In this document: in pieces, positions 44,912 through 54,613 of the stretch | Numbering within the stretch: the first letter of the stretch is position 1 | Layout of the letters: each line of letters begins with the position of its first letter | Source: Planctomycetota bacterium | Lineage (GTDB): Bacteria; Planctomycetota; UBA1135; GCA-002748355 | Reading direction: 5' to 3' | Length of the DNA stretch: 64,000 nucleotides | NCBI GenBank assembly: GCA_026984035.1 | Contig: JALSSW010000070.1 | Span: forward strand, 571 to 64,570 | Made by a program: the position numbers and the translations under genes | Notes under the pieces: model-generated | The model's input: the letters and a program-made list of their open reading frames with translations, nothing else | Told to the model about the DNA's origin: nothing | Databases searched by the model: none

Positions 44912-46237
44912 GGAGAGGATCCGGCGAGCGAGGCGGCGGGCCTCTCGAACGCAGCCTGCGACAGAGCTTCGGAGGTAGGAGAGGCCGAGTAGCTCGAGGC
45001 CGGGGAAGTTTTTCTGAGCTTCTGCGAGGGCTTGGAGTTTCTCGCTATGCCCAGGTTGGTAGAGAGGAAGGGCCTTTGGGCGGTGGCTGACCTCCACCAG
45101 GCAGGGCTCTGCGCTGAGGCCTGTGAGCGAAGAAAGGGTGTCCCTTACCTGTTGGACCAAGGCCTTGTCGCTTTGGGATTCGATGCCGGGGTTGCGGGCG
45201 CCGCCAAGGAGGGCGCGGAGGAGGACTTTGCCTTTTGGGGCTCTGCTGGGGAAGAGCCGCGAAGAATAGAGGACACCCAAGATCTGGTTTCGGGCCTCTT
45301 TTCGTGGGATCAGGAAGCCGAAACCGCGGATCTGTTGGGGGAGATCCGTTTCGTTGAAGGCAAGGTGGACGGAGGAGACGCTGACAAAGGGGATGGAGCC
45401 GGTAAGAGTGGCCAGGCTGGGCGAGAGGGTTTGGAGGAGGCGGGATGCCGGGATTGCGGGAAGGGCGAGGGCGAGCCTTTGAGCCTCGAAAGTCCTTCCA
45501 TCCTCGGCGCGAACCCGGTAGGTCGAAGCTTTTCGATCGAGGGAGACTGCACGGAAATTGTCGTGGACGCAGGGGCCGAGGGCTTCTTGGAGGGCGTGCA
45601 CAAGTTGGGAGTTTCCCCGGGTAAAGCTGAAAATTTTCCCGGGTTTCATTCCGACCTTGCGGGCGCCTCTCAGGACGCTGCCGAATCGCTGCTCAGCCTC
45701 AAAGAGCTTGGGAAAGCAAGCTTGTGTTTCCATCTTTTCGGGGACACCCGCATAAACTCCTGAGGCAAAAGGATCGGCCAAGCGGTCGAGGATTTGGGGG
45801 CCAAAGCGCCTGGAGATAAAGCTGGCGAAGTCTTCGCGGGGGTCGGTCCCCCGGCGGACAAAGGGCTCGCCGAAGAGCCGGAGCTTCGCCCCAAAGCTGA
45901 GAATGGGTGTCCCCAAAAGTCCACCCGGGCCCATGGGGAGGGCTTCGAGGCGACCCTTGTGGGCGAGCCAGCGGAGCTTTGCATCCTGGGGAGGGCGCTG
46001 GATTTCGTCACAAAGACCTAATTCCTGGACGAGACCATCGAGGAGTGTCCCATCATCGACGAAGGTCTCCGGTCCACGCTCCAGCTGAAATCCGTCCACG
46101 CTTAGGGTCTCGATCAACCCCCCCAGGCGGGGGGCAGCCTCTAGAAGGACCAGTTGATCCATGGGTGTCCCCCCCTGCAGGAGGGCGTGGGCGAAGGCGA
46201 GGCCGGAGATGCCGCCGCCGAGGACGATGGTGTTCAT
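44903..46237 (-). CDS. hemY: FAD-dependent protoporphyrinogen/coproporphyrinogen oxidase (HemY type)
   Basis: MNTIVLGGGISGLAFAHALL dinucleotide fold. 444 aa. ATGA overlap with the hemH stop. Confidence 0.88.
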   Translation of the reverse strand: MNTIVLGGGISGLAFAHALLQGGTPMDQLVLLEAAPRLGGLIETLSVDGFQLERGPETFVDDGTLLDGLVQELGLCDEIQRPPQDAKLRWLAHKGRLEALPMGPGGLLGTPILSFGAKLRLFGEPFVRRGTDPREDFASFISRRFGPQILDRLADPFASGVYAGVPEKMETQACFPKLFEAEQRFGSVLRGARKVGMKPGKIFSFTRGNSQLVHALQEALGPCVHDNFRAVSLDRKASTYRVRAEDGRTFEAQRLALALPAIPASRLLQTLSPSLATLTGSIPFVSVSSVHLAFNETDLPQQIRGFGFLIPRKEARNQILGVLYSSRLFPSRAPKGKVLLRALLGGARNPGIESQSDKALVQQVRDTLSSLTGLSAEPCLVEVSHRPKALPLYQPGHSEKLQALAEAQKNFPGLELLGLSYLRSSVAGCVREARRLARRILSSA

Positions 46238-47232
46238 GTGGAAACCTTTGCGCCCAAAGCGTTTGCGGCCAGGCGAGCGAGGGTGGCCACGAAGTCTGGG
46301 TCTGCGTTGAGAGATTCGCTGCGGATAAAGGACTGGATGCCAGATTGTTCAGCCAGGGCGCGCATCTGGATGTCAAGTTCATAGAGGGTTTCCACATGAT
46401 CCGAAACAAAGGAAAGTGGAGCGAGAACAACCGAATGGATGCCCTCCCCTGGGAGGTCTCGGAGAACCTGATCGAGGTAGGGCTTGGTCCAGGCGACGGG
46501 GCCAACTCGGCTTTGAAAGGCCAGCCGGTGAGGGAATCCATGCCGTGCCTCGGCTTCCACCAAGCCCATGCAAGCCCGGACCTCCGAGAGGTAGGGATCC
46601 CCGCGGCGGACAAAGCTCATGGGTGTCCCATGGGCGACATAGAGGACAAGGCTGCGCTCAGTCAGCTCTGGTGGGATCTTGCGAAGAGCGCGTTTGAGTC
46701 TCCAAGCAAGGCAGCTGATATAGCCGGGGTCGTCAGCCCAACGGGAGATCTTGAGAACCGGGACATCCCAGGAGATGCGTGCAAGAGCGCGGGAGAGTTC
46801 GTTCTCGCTGGATCCAGTAGTTGTAACCGAATACTGAGGGTAGAGAGAAAAAGAGAGCAGTTGTTGGACACCCGCTTTGCGTGCGCTTTGCAGGGCATCA
46901 TCAATGTTGGGCCTGGCGTATCGCATGGCGGGAAGACAGATACAGTTCCCTTCCATTCCATATTCCCGAAGTCCGAAGAGGATCCCGCGTCCTTGAGCCT
47001 CCGTCCAGGGAAGGACAGGAGATCCGCCCCCCATAGCCATGTAGTTGCGCCAGGCTTTTGGCGCGCGGCGCTTGGACAAAATCCGGGCAAAGGGCTTTTG
47101 CAAGAATCCCGGCATCCGGAAGATCTCAGGGTCTGAAAAGAGGTTTTGTAAGAAGGGACGCATCTCCTCTTCGCAGGTAGGTCCTCCGAGATTGTGGAGG
47201 ATGATGGCAGTGCTTGGTCCCTGATTTGGCAT
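46234..47232 (-). CDS. hemH: Ferrochelatase
   Basis: IILHNLGGPTCEEEMRPFLQNLFSDPEI, YVAHGTPMS and SFVSDHVETLYELD. Confidence 0.93.
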   Translation of the reverse strand: MPNQGPSTAIILHNLGGPTCEEEMRPFLQNLFSDPEIFRMPGFLQKPFARILSKRRAPKAWRNYMAMGGGSPVLPWTEAQGRGILFGLREYGMEGNCICLPAMRYARPNIDDALQSARKAGVQQLLSFSLYPQYSVTTTGSSENELSRALARISWDVPVLKISRWADDPGYISCLAWRLKRALRKIPPELTERSLVLYVAHGTPMSFVRRGDPYLSEVRACMGLVEAEARHGFPHRLAFQSRVGPVAWTKPYLDQVLRDLPGEGIHSVVLAPLSFVSDHVETLYELDIQMRALAEQSGIQSFIRSESLNADPDFVATLARLAANALGAKVST

Positions 47233-47259
47233 CGTTCAAAACGGAAAGAAGGTGGGGAA

Positions 47260-48675
47260 TTAAATGGTTCGAGAAAACATTGGACCCTTGTTTTTGCGTT
47301 GCCCTTCCAGATAAGCGTCGAAAGGCATGGAAAGGTTTCGCAAGAAAAGGCGGCCGAGAGGAGGGACTTCGATGTGATCCTCATGAACCCGGACCAGACC
47401 ATCCCCTTCCATTCGACGTAAATCTTGGAGCGCGTCCTGATACCGTTCTACAAATGGTTTTTGTCCTGCCTTTTCATAATCTTCAAAACGGACTTGGTAA
47501 TTGCACATCAGGTCCAAAATGATTCTTCTTCGTTCCTCATCATCTGCCGACCGTCTCATTCCTCGATGGATGGGAAGGTGTCCTTCATCAATAGCCCGGG
47601 TCCAACTCTTTAGGTCCTTCTCGTTCTGCCCAAATGCACCGCCGACCTCTCCAATCGAAGTCATCCCAAACATCAACATGTCCTCCCCCGCGCGTCCTTT
47701 GCCCATGCGTGTTGTATAGCCCATAAAATTCCGGTGGAGCCTTCCTTCGTCCGAGGCCAGGGCCAGGGAGTCTTCCGGTCGTGCGAAGTGGTCAAAGCCA
47801 ATGTGGCGGTAGCCCCCGCTTTCAAAGCGTTCCAACGAAAGGGTCAGCAAGCGGAGCCTCTCCTCCGGACTGGGGAAAGATCCTTCGGGGAGGGCCTTTT
47901 GGTGCTTCTTTACCCAAGGCACATGAGCGAAGCCATAGCAGGCAACGCGGTCGACCTTCCAGTCCAGGATGGTGTCGATCGTATTCGAGAATTTCCCCGG
48001 CTCTTGATAGGGGAGGCCATAGACCAAATCCACATTGACGCTTTCAAAACCGAGCCTTCGGGCTTCATCGATCAGGGCCTTTGTCATCTCCTCACTTTGA
48101 ATCCTGTGGATGGCCTTCTGCACCTTAGGATCAAAATCTTGGATACCCATGCTGATGCGATTGAAGCCCAGTTTCCGCAAGACTTCCAGTTGCTCGAAAT
48201 TGGTGACCCTTGGGTCGACCTCGATGCTGACTTCGGCCTTCGGGGTCAAAGGGAAGTGTGCGCTGATGCCGACAAAGAGCCGCTCGATTTCTTCCGGTGG
48301 AAGATAGGTGGGTGTCCCCCCACCCCAGTGGTGTTGTCCGATCTTACGTCGATGCGGCAAAGAGGAAGCCACCCGCTCAACTTCTAGAAGGAGCCGATCC
48401 ACATAAGCCCTTGCTTTTTCACGACGCTGGGTGATGACAACGTTGCAAGCACAGTAAAAACACATGGACTCGCAAAAGGGCAAGTGCACATAGAGTGAAA
48501 AGGGTTCCTCTGGGCTTTGATCCGCCCTGGCAAGAGCTTCGCGCCAGTCTGTTTCCCCAAAGGAATCGTTCCAGACAGGGGCTGTTGGATAGCTTGTGTA
48601 TCGGGGACCCGGTTTGTCATAGGTCTCGAGCAGACCGGCGAGGGCCTTTTCTGCTTCTTTTCCAAAAGTGCTCAT
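47260..48675 (-). CDS. hemN: Oxygen-independent coproporphyrinogen III oxidase HemN (radical SAM)
   Basis: GPRYTSYPTAPVW N-terminal motif. HLPFCESMCFYCACN (CxxxCxxC plus a fourth Cys). GGGTPTYL. 471 aa, i.e. full-length HemN rather than the shorter HemW. Confidence 0.92.
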   Translation of the reverse strand: MSTFGKEAEKALAGLLETYDKPGPRYTSYPTAPVWNDSFGETDWREALARADQSPEEPFSLYVHLPFCESMCFYCACNVVITQRREKARAYVDRLLLEVERVASSLPHRRKIGQHHWGGGTPTYLPPEEIERLFVGISAHFPLTPKAEVSIEVDPRVTNFEQLEVLRKLGFNRISMGIQDFDPKVQKAIHRIQSEEMTKALIDEARRLGFESVNVDLVYGLPYQEPGKFSNTIDTILDWKVDRVACYGFAHVPWVKKHQKALPEGSFPSPEERLRLLTLSLERFESGGYRHIGFDHFARPEDSLALASDEGRLHRNFMGYTTRMGKGRAGEDMLMFGMTSIGEVGGAFGQNEKDLKSWTRAIDEGHLPIHRGMRRSADDEERRRIILDLMCNYQVRFEDYEKAGQKPFVERYQDALQDLRRMEGDGLVRVHEDHIEVPPLGRLFLRNLSMPFDAYLEGQRKNKGPMFSRTI

Positions 48676-49715
48676 GAGAAATCCCTCAGGTGTTGGACGA
48701 GGGCTTGGACCGATTCGAAAGGGGTTTTCGGATCAAAACCATGCCCCAAGTTGAAGATGTGGGGGCGGTTTTTTGCTGCTTCCACAACGGCCTCGGCCTC
48801 GGAATAGATCGTTTGCATATTCCCAAAGAGTGCGGTCGGATCAAGGTTACCCTGGATAGCAAGTCCCTTTGGGAGCCTTCCGTCAATCTCTTTCATCGAA
48901 AGGCGCCAGTCAACCCCGAGACAGTTAGCCCCAGTCTGCACCATGCTTTCGAGATGCCCGGCACAACCATTGACGAAATAGATCACTGGAATTCCATGCG
49001 CTTTGAGCTCCTGCACAAGCTTACGGGTTGCCGGAAGAACAAGGCGGGCGAAGATCCCAGGTTCCATAACACCAGCCCAAGAGTCGAAGATCTGGATCCC
49101 ATCGCAGCCTTTCTCGAACTGGAGTTTTCCCAGCGCGATTGCCGGTTCGACGAGAGCATCCATGAGCTCCTTGAACCAATCGGGGTGGCTCCATGCAGCC
49201 GCACGTGTACGGTTCCATGTGCGGCTTCCCTGCCCTTCGATTGCATACGCCCCGAGGGTGAAGGGGGCCCCGACAAAACCCAGGAGTGCCCGCTCGGGTG
49301 CCAGGGATTCTCGGACTCGCTGCACAGTTTCGGCGACCACATCAAGGGGCCGGGGATCTACGATGTCTCGAAGCCGATCTACGCTCTCTCCAGGTCCAAG
49401 CGTCCATTCCAAAACAGGCCCTGGCTTGAATGCAACTTTGTTCCCGTTGGCCAAGATCTGTGTCAGCAAGTCCGTAAACAAAATTGCCGCGTCCACATCA
49501 AAGCGTTTCATGGGCATGAGGGTGACTTCTGCCGCCAAGGCTGGGTCGCGCATCAAGTCCAGAAAGCTCTTCCCTTCGCGGAGCTTACGGTATTCGGGCA
49601 GGATGCGCCCGGCCTGCCGCATAAACCAAATGGGGAGGCGTTTGGGCCGTTGTCCTTGCAGCACATCCAGAATAGGAGAGGAAGACTTGGTCCTTGCTTC
49701 GGATTCTGTGTTCAT
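48672..49715 (-). CDS. hemE: Uroporphyrinogen decarboxylase
   Basis: PIWFMRQAGRILPEYR signature. ATGA overlaps at both ends. Confidence 0.95.
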   Translation of the reverse strand: MNTESEARTKSSSPILDVLQGQRPKRLPIWFMRQAGRILPEYRKLREGKSFLDLMRDPALAAEVTLMPMKRFDVDAAILFTDLLTQILANGNKVAFKPGPVLEWTLGPGESVDRLRDIVDPRPLDVVAETVQRVRESLAPERALLGFVGAPFTLGAYAIEGQGSRTWNRTRAAAWSHPDWFKELMDALVEPAIALGKLQFEKGCDGIQIFDSWAGVMEPGIFARLVLPATRKLVQELKAHGIPVIYFVNGCAGHLESMVQTGANCLGVDWRLSMKEIDGRLPKGLAIQGNLDPTALFGNMQTIYSEAEAVVEAAKNRPHIFNLGHGFDPKTPFESVQALVQHLRDFS

Positions 49716-50407
49716 GGTTCAAACCTATAGCCGACGCCCCGAAGCGTGTGGAAGTGCCTTGGTTTGCGCGGGTCTTTTTCAAAAAGTTTCCGAAAACGTG
49801 CAATGAAATTGTCAATGGTCCTTGGACTCGGATATGCATCTCTGCCCCATAGGTCATCAAGGATCTCTTTTCGGGAAACGACCTTACCTGGCCTTGCTAC
49901 GAGATATTGCAAGAGAGAAACTTCCTTTCGGGTGAGTGGCACCTTTTCTGAGTTAAAGGTCATAGCCTCGTAAGTCGTCGGGTCTACTGTATTGCCCCCA
50001 AAGGAAAATTCTTGGGGGCTTTGCACTCCCTGGATGTGTTTAGATCTCCGAATCTGGACACGGACCCTGAGCAATAGTTCCTCCAGATGAAAGGGCTTCC
50101 CTAGATAGTCATCCGCCCCGAGGCTGAGACCTTTAATGCGATCCTCGTCTTCTGCGCGCGCCGAAAGGATGAGGACAGGCAACTCCGTATCGATCGCTCT
50201 CAGTTTTTTGAGAAGTTCCAATCCGGACATCCCCGGGAGCATCAGGTCCAGGAGAAGAAGGTCGATTCCTCCCTGTTGGAGGCGCTCCCAACCTTGAAGA
50301 CCGTCAGGGATCAATTCAGTTTGATACCCCTCGCGCCGGAGGTTTTCTGCGATCAGTTCTCCGAGGAATGGTTCATCTTCGATAATGAGGATCCAAGGAG
50401 GAGTCAT
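49712..50407 (-). CDS. OmpR/PhoB-family response regulator embedded in the heme operon
   Basis: Receiver domain (ILIIEDEPFL...DLLLLDLMLPGMSG) and winged-helix output (LTRKEVSLLQYL...TLRGVGYRF). Confidence 0.9.
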   Translation of the reverse strand: MTPPWILIIEDEPFLGELIAENLRREGYQTELIPDGLQGWERLQQGGIDLLLLDLMLPGMSGLELLKKLRAIDTELPVLILSARAEDEDRIKGLSLGADDYLGKPFHLEELLLRVRVQIRRSKHIQGVQSPQEFSFGGNTVDPTTYEAMTFNSEKVPLTRKEVSLLQYLVARPGKVVSRKEILDDLWGRDAYPSPRTIDNFIARFRKLFEKDPRKPRHFHTLRGVGYRFEP

Positions 50408-51591
50408 GCTTCATTCCTCATTTTGGGAAGGTGAAGCGAAAAGGTTGTCCAGCTCTCCTCTATGGCGTTCTCTCTATTTGAGAGCAAAACGAGCTGGCCA
50501 CCATGATCCAGAGCAACACGCTTGGCAAGGAAGAGTCCAAGGCCCGAACCTCCGGTTTCTTGGGTGTCTTTGCCTCGAAAGAAGCGATCGAAAACTCGGT
50601 CCCGATCTTCCTCGGGGATTCCTCCTCCAGTGTTACTGATCTGAAAAGAGAGGTTGTTTTTTTGTTCCTCGAGCTTGAGACGGACCTTGCCCCCCTTGGG
50701 ACTGTATAGCCTTGCGTTGTCCAACAGGTTGGTCAGGCATTGGTGGAGAGCTGCTTCGTCTCCGAGGACCCAGGTGTTGCGACCTTTAATCTCACAGGAG
50801 AGGTCCAGGGCTTTCTCCGCATAGCGGACTCGTTGTTCATTGACGATCTCTTCGAGAAGGCGGACCAGGTTGACCTTCTGTTTTGTGTCGGGACGCTTTT
50901 GTAAGGATGCGGTCTTGAGGAGGTTTTCAATCTGGTTCTGGAGCCGTTCGACTTCGAGAAGCATGTTGCCATAAAAAACCTCCGCCCGTTCCTTTGAGAT
51001 CGTTCCCGTTTTGAGCGTTTCCAGGGCGAGTTTTAGAGAAGATAGCGGAGTTTTGAGTTCATGGGTCGCCCCTGCCAGAAAGCGCTGGTGCCCCTTGCGG
51101 ATCTCGATGTCGTTCTGAAGAGTTCGATAGAGGAGAAGAACCCCAAGGATAACGAGTGTTGTGAGCGTGCCGCCTTCCCAATAAAACATGCGGCGTTTCC
51201 GATGTGTTTCCTCGAGGATTGTGGAGAGGGCCGAGACTCGCGGTTGGATAAGAAATTGGGCGAGGGGATCCTTTGGCCCGACCAGTTCACCACCTTTGCT
51301 GGCGAGCTTGGAAGCATTTAAGTCCGCTGCCTTTTCGAGGGTCCTCGATCTGCGTAACTCCAGGTCTGGAAACTGCGGTCCGACATCTTGGTTCCAGGCT
51401 TTCTCGATATTCTTTTGCTGTGAAAAACGGTGGAGGAGAACGAGGGCTTGATAGCAGCGCCCCCTAAGGATTTCACGTTTTTCTTGGGCCGTTCGCCCGG
51501 TCTCACTGAGAGCGAAGAAGACCCACCAGACAACTTGTCCTATGCAGAGGGCGACAAGGATCAGCAGGATTGTCTTTGGGAGAAACCGCAT
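50404..51591 (-). CDS. Two-TM sensor histidine kinase embedded in the heme operon
   Basis: TM1 at about aa 6-28, a roughly 110-aa external loop, and TM2 at about aa 141-156. H-box FLAGATHELKTPLSSL with His at about residue 177. N/G boxes (LLDNARLYSP, GGSGLGLFLAKRV). Confidence 0.9.
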   Translation of the reverse strand: MRFLPKTILLILVALCIGQVVWWVFFALSETGRTAQEKREILRGRCYQALVLLHRFSQQKNIEKAWNQDVGPQFPDLELRRSRTLEKAADLNASKLASKGGELVGPKDPLAQFLIQPRVSALSTILEETHRKRRMFYWEGGTLTTLVILGVLLLYRTLQNDIEIRKGHQRFLAGATHELKTPLSSLKLALETLKTGTISKERAEVFYGNMLLEVERLQNQIENLLKTASLQKRPDTKQKVNLVRLLEEIVNEQRVRYAEKALDLSCEIKGRNTWVLGDEAALHQCLTNLLDNARLYSPKGGKVRLKLEEQKNNLSFQISNTGGGIPEEDRDRVFDRFFRGKDTQETGGSGLGLFLAKRVALDHGGQLVLLSNRENAIEESWTTFSLHLPKMRNEA

Positions 51592-51618
51592 CGCGAGAAA
51601 AAGGGTTGGCGCTCAAGT

Positions 51619-52896
51619 CTAGGAGGATTCAAAAAAACGTGCCCATGCCTCTACCAGGCCCAGGCAATCGTCTGAATTGTGTGCGGTGGAGATGAATCCG
51701 ATCTCAAAGGCGCTGGGGGCTATGTAATAACCCTGCTCGAGAAGTGCGTGGAAGAGCTGTCCGTAAATCTTAGGGAGATTGTCGGGAAGGGCCTCGGCTG
51801 CGCGGGGAGGGGGACCCTTGGGAGCAAGCCAAAAGAGGGAGCCGATGCGGATGAGATCAACCGGTGGATTGAGGGGTTTGCAGCGTTCGTTGAAGGCGCT
51901 CTCGAGTAGTTGCCCTTTTTGCTCAAGGCTTTCCCATGCGTGCGTCTCGAGGAGGGTTTCCAGGCAGGCGAGGCCCGCAGCCATTGCGACGGGGTTTCCT
52001 GAGAGAGTGCCTGCCTGATAAACAGGGCCGGTGGGCGCGAGCAAGTCCATAAGCTCGGCGCGACCGGCAAAGGCTCCGACGGGGAGCCCCCCTCCGATGA
52101 TCTTCCCGAAAGTCACCAAGTCCGGAGTGATCCCATAGTGTGAGCTTGCTCCTCCCTGGCCCAAGCGAAAACCGCTGATGACTTCGTCGAATAGGAGAAG
52201 GGTGCCGTGTTTTTTTGTCAGGGTTCGCAGCTTTTGGAGGAAGGCCGGGCGCTGGAGGAGGAGGCCGTTGTTTGCGGGGACCGGCTCGATCAGAGCGAGG
52301 GCACATTCGCTTCCGTATTGGTCAAAAAAGGTTTCGAGGGCTTCATCGTCGTCCAGAGGGAGTAAAGATGTGAGGCCCGTAAACTCTTGGGGGACCCCTG
52401 CAGAGGAGGGTTTGCCGAAGGTGACCAAGCCCGAACCTGCAGCGACCAGGAGGGCGTCGGAGTGGCCGTGATAGCAGCCGGTGAACTTGAGAATGCGCTT
52501 CCTGCCAGTGGCTCCTCGAGCGAGTCGGACGGCACTCATGACGGCTTCAGTTCCCGATGAGACAAAGCGAACCTTTTCTGCCGCCGGGTGGAGAGCGTGG
52601 ACAAGTTCGGCGAGTCGGACTTCGTCCTTGCAGGGTGCACCGAAGCTTGTGCCGAGCGCGGATGCTTTTTGGACGGCCTCGACAATGCGAGGATGGGCGT
52701 GCCCGAGGATCAGGGGCCCCCAGGACATGACAAAGTCCGTGAAATTCCTCCCCTCGGCGTCCGTGATGCTTGCACCCTGGCCCTTCTCGAAAAAGATGGG
52801 TGTCCCACCGACAGCCCCAAAGGCTCGAACCGGAGAGCTGACTCCACCAGGGATTACAGCTTTTGCGCGTTCATACCATTCTGCATTCTGGCCCAT
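51619..52896 (-). CDS. hemL: Glutamate-1-semialdehyde 2,1-aminomutase
   Basis: IPGGVSSPVRAF and the class-III aminotransferase body. FGKIIGGGLPVGAF contains the PLP lysine. Confidence 0.95.
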   Translation of the reverse strand: MGQNAEWYERAKAVIPGGVSSPVRAFGAVGGTPIFFEKGQGASITDAEGRNFTDFVMSWGPLILGHAHPRIVEAVQKASALGTSFGAPCKDEVRLAELVHALHPAAEKVRFVSSGTEAVMSAVRLARGATGRKRILKFTGCYHGHSDALLVAAGSGLVTFGKPSSAGVPQEFTGLTSLLPLDDDEALETFFDQYGSECALALIEPVPANNGLLLQRPAFLQKLRTLTKKHGTLLLFDEVISGFRLGQGGASSHYGITPDLVTFGKIIGGGLPVGAFAGRAELMDLLAPTGPVYQAGTLSGNPVAMAAGLACLETLLETHAWESLEQKGQLLESAFNERCKPLNPPVDLIRIGSLFWLAPKGPPPRAAEALPDNLPKIYGQLFHALLEQGYYIAPSAFEIGFISTAHNSDDCLGLVEAWARFFESS

Positions 52897-52899
52897 GTT

Positions 52900-54540
52900 T
52901 TACTCACTCGTGGAAGTTGTTCGTGAAGCCCCCGTGCCGAGAGCCTCTAAGAGGCTGGGGAGATCGGGGGATTCTAAAACCCGGTCGGGTTCGTGCCCCA
53001 TTTCCCGTAGAGCTTTCGCTGTGGTGGGGCCGATCGCAAGTACTTTGCCTGAAACCTGTTGGGGCGGGAGTAAGCGAGCCGCTTTGGGCGACAAATAAAG
53101 GGTGTCCCCCATTGGCTCGGGGGATGAGGGAGTGGGTTGGATGCGGTAGAGAGGGAGCTGGAGGACTTTGAGTCCAGCCTTTGAGGCGGTTTCAAAGCTT
53201 GCAGGGTTTCCTTCTTGGGCACCGAAGATGGCGATGTCTTGATAACCTTTCTCGATTGCGAGAAGAGCCATTCCATGGCCGTTTTTCTCGTCGGCCTCGA
53301 GGACCTTTAGGTTGGGGAAGAGGGATTCCGCATGGAGGCGGGAAGCTGGGCCGGGAACAATGACCGAAGGATGGGTGTCCCTCTTGGCTTGGGCGAGAGC
53401 GTTGTGGAGGTGGGGAGCGGCTTGGTCGAGGGCATTGTGGCTTGAAAAGAGGAGGGCATCCATTTCCGCGCATTGGGTCCATGTTTCTCGAGGAACCTGA
53501 AGTGGAACGATGTCATAGACCCTGTGCTGATGGATGGCCGCGCCTGCGGCCAAGATGTGGTCGGCGAGCAGGGACCGGCCGCCCCCTCCTATTAGGTGTA
53601 GAACCCTGTCTTTTAATGGTTTATCAAGAGCTGGGGCCAGGGCCTTGCTGGCTTCCTGGATCAAGGAATGGGTGTCCCCTTTGATCAGAACCAGTGAGAT
53701 ACCGGGGGCTTGGTCGTCCCGACCATAGGCAAAGGCATCGAGACGGTAAGCTCCGTTGGGTTCTATTGTGGCGAGGGTCCCAAGGGGAAGGCTGCATCCG
53801 CCGCCGAGGGCTTGGAGGATGCCTCGTTCAATGTCTGTGAGGGTTCGGGTCTTCGGATCCTCGAGTTTTTTGAGGATCTCGAGAGTTTGGCTGTCCCCCT
53901 CACGGGCTTCGAGGCCGAGAGCTCCTTGGCCTGGGGCGCCGGGAAAGAGGCGGGGAGAGAGGTCAAAGGCGATGAGGTCCCGCGTCTCGAGCCCGAGCCG
54001 TTCCAGGCCTGCCTGGGCGATGAGGATCGCGTCGTAGTGTCCTTCCTGCAATTTCCTGACACGAGTAGGGACATTGCCTCGAAGGTCGAGGATTTGGAGA
54101 TCGGGGCGAAGATCGAGAAGGCGCCGGCGGCGGCGGAGAGAGCTTGTTCCAACCTTGGCTCCGTCATTAAGGGGAAGCTCGCCGCAGGCTGCTCTCTTTT
54201 TATGGAACGCTCCTTTCCGAAGGAGGAGACGCTCTCCGACTGGGCCGCGGGCTGGGACGGCTGCGAGGACCAGTCCCGGTGCCAAGGTGACGGCGAGATC
54301 TTTTAGGCTGTGAACCGCAAGGTCGAATCGGTTTTCCAGGAGTCCCTCTTCGATTTCTTTCGTGAAGAAGCCCTTGCCCAGCTCGGGAGTGAGAGGGATG
54401 TCCTGGATCCTGTCTCCGCTGGTCTTGACGATAACGATTTCACAGCGAATCCCTGCCAAGGCTTCGAGTTTGCCGGAGATATGCTTGGCCTGCCAGAGTG
54501 CAAGGTCGCTTCCACGAGTTCCAATGCGCAACGTTTTCAT
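52900..54540 (-). CDS. hemC: Fused porphobilinogen deaminase / uroporphyrinogen-III synthase (HemC-HemD)
   Basis: The N-terminal ~300 aa begin MKTLRIGTRGSDLALWQAKHI and include LGGGCSLPLG (HemC). The C-terminal ~240 aa form a HemD-like two-lobe domain. 546 aa in total. Confidence 0.85.
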   Translation of the reverse strand: MKTLRIGTRGSDLALWQAKHISGKLEALAGIRCEIVIVKTSGDRIQDIPLTPELGKGFFTKEIEEGLLENRFDLAVHSLKDLAVTLAPGLVLAAVPARGPVGERLLLRKGAFHKKRAACGELPLNDGAKVGTSSLRRRRRLLDLRPDLQILDLRGNVPTRVRKLQEGHYDAILIAQAGLERLGLETRDLIAFDLSPRLFPGAPGQGALGLEAREGDSQTLEILKKLEDPKTRTLTDIERGILQALGGGCSLPLGTLATIEPNGAYRLDAFAYGRDDQAPGISLVLIKGDTHSLIQEASKALAPALDKPLKDRVLHLIGGGGRSLLADHILAAGAAIHQHRVYDIVPLQVPRETWTQCAEMDALLFSSHNALDQAAPHLHNALAQAKRDTHPSVIVPGPASRLHAESLFPNLKVLEADEKNGHGMALLAIEKGYQDIAIFGAQEGNPASFETASKAGLKVLQLPLYRIQPTPSSPEPMGDTLYLSPKAARLLPPQQVSGKVLAIGPTTAKALREMGHEPDRVLESPDLPSLLEALGTGASRTTSTSE

Positions 54541-54613
54541 GAAAACTCCACGGGACCTGCCCTGAGAGAAAAAGAGAAGGATGAGTGTAGCAGCGGATCC
54601 TCGACATTTCAGG

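Noticed and set aside
45907-47136. 409-aa plus-strand ORF
   Set aside because: It lies entirely antisense to hemH and hemY, both of which have clear family motifs. The product is Arg/Gly/Pro-rich and of low complexity, as is typical of a shadow ORF in GC-rich coding DNA.
48690-49730. 346-aa plus-strand ORF (and the 267-aa ORF at 49003..49806)
   Set aside because: It is antisense to hemE, whose identity is unambiguous. No motif was recognised, so I treat it as a shadow ORF.
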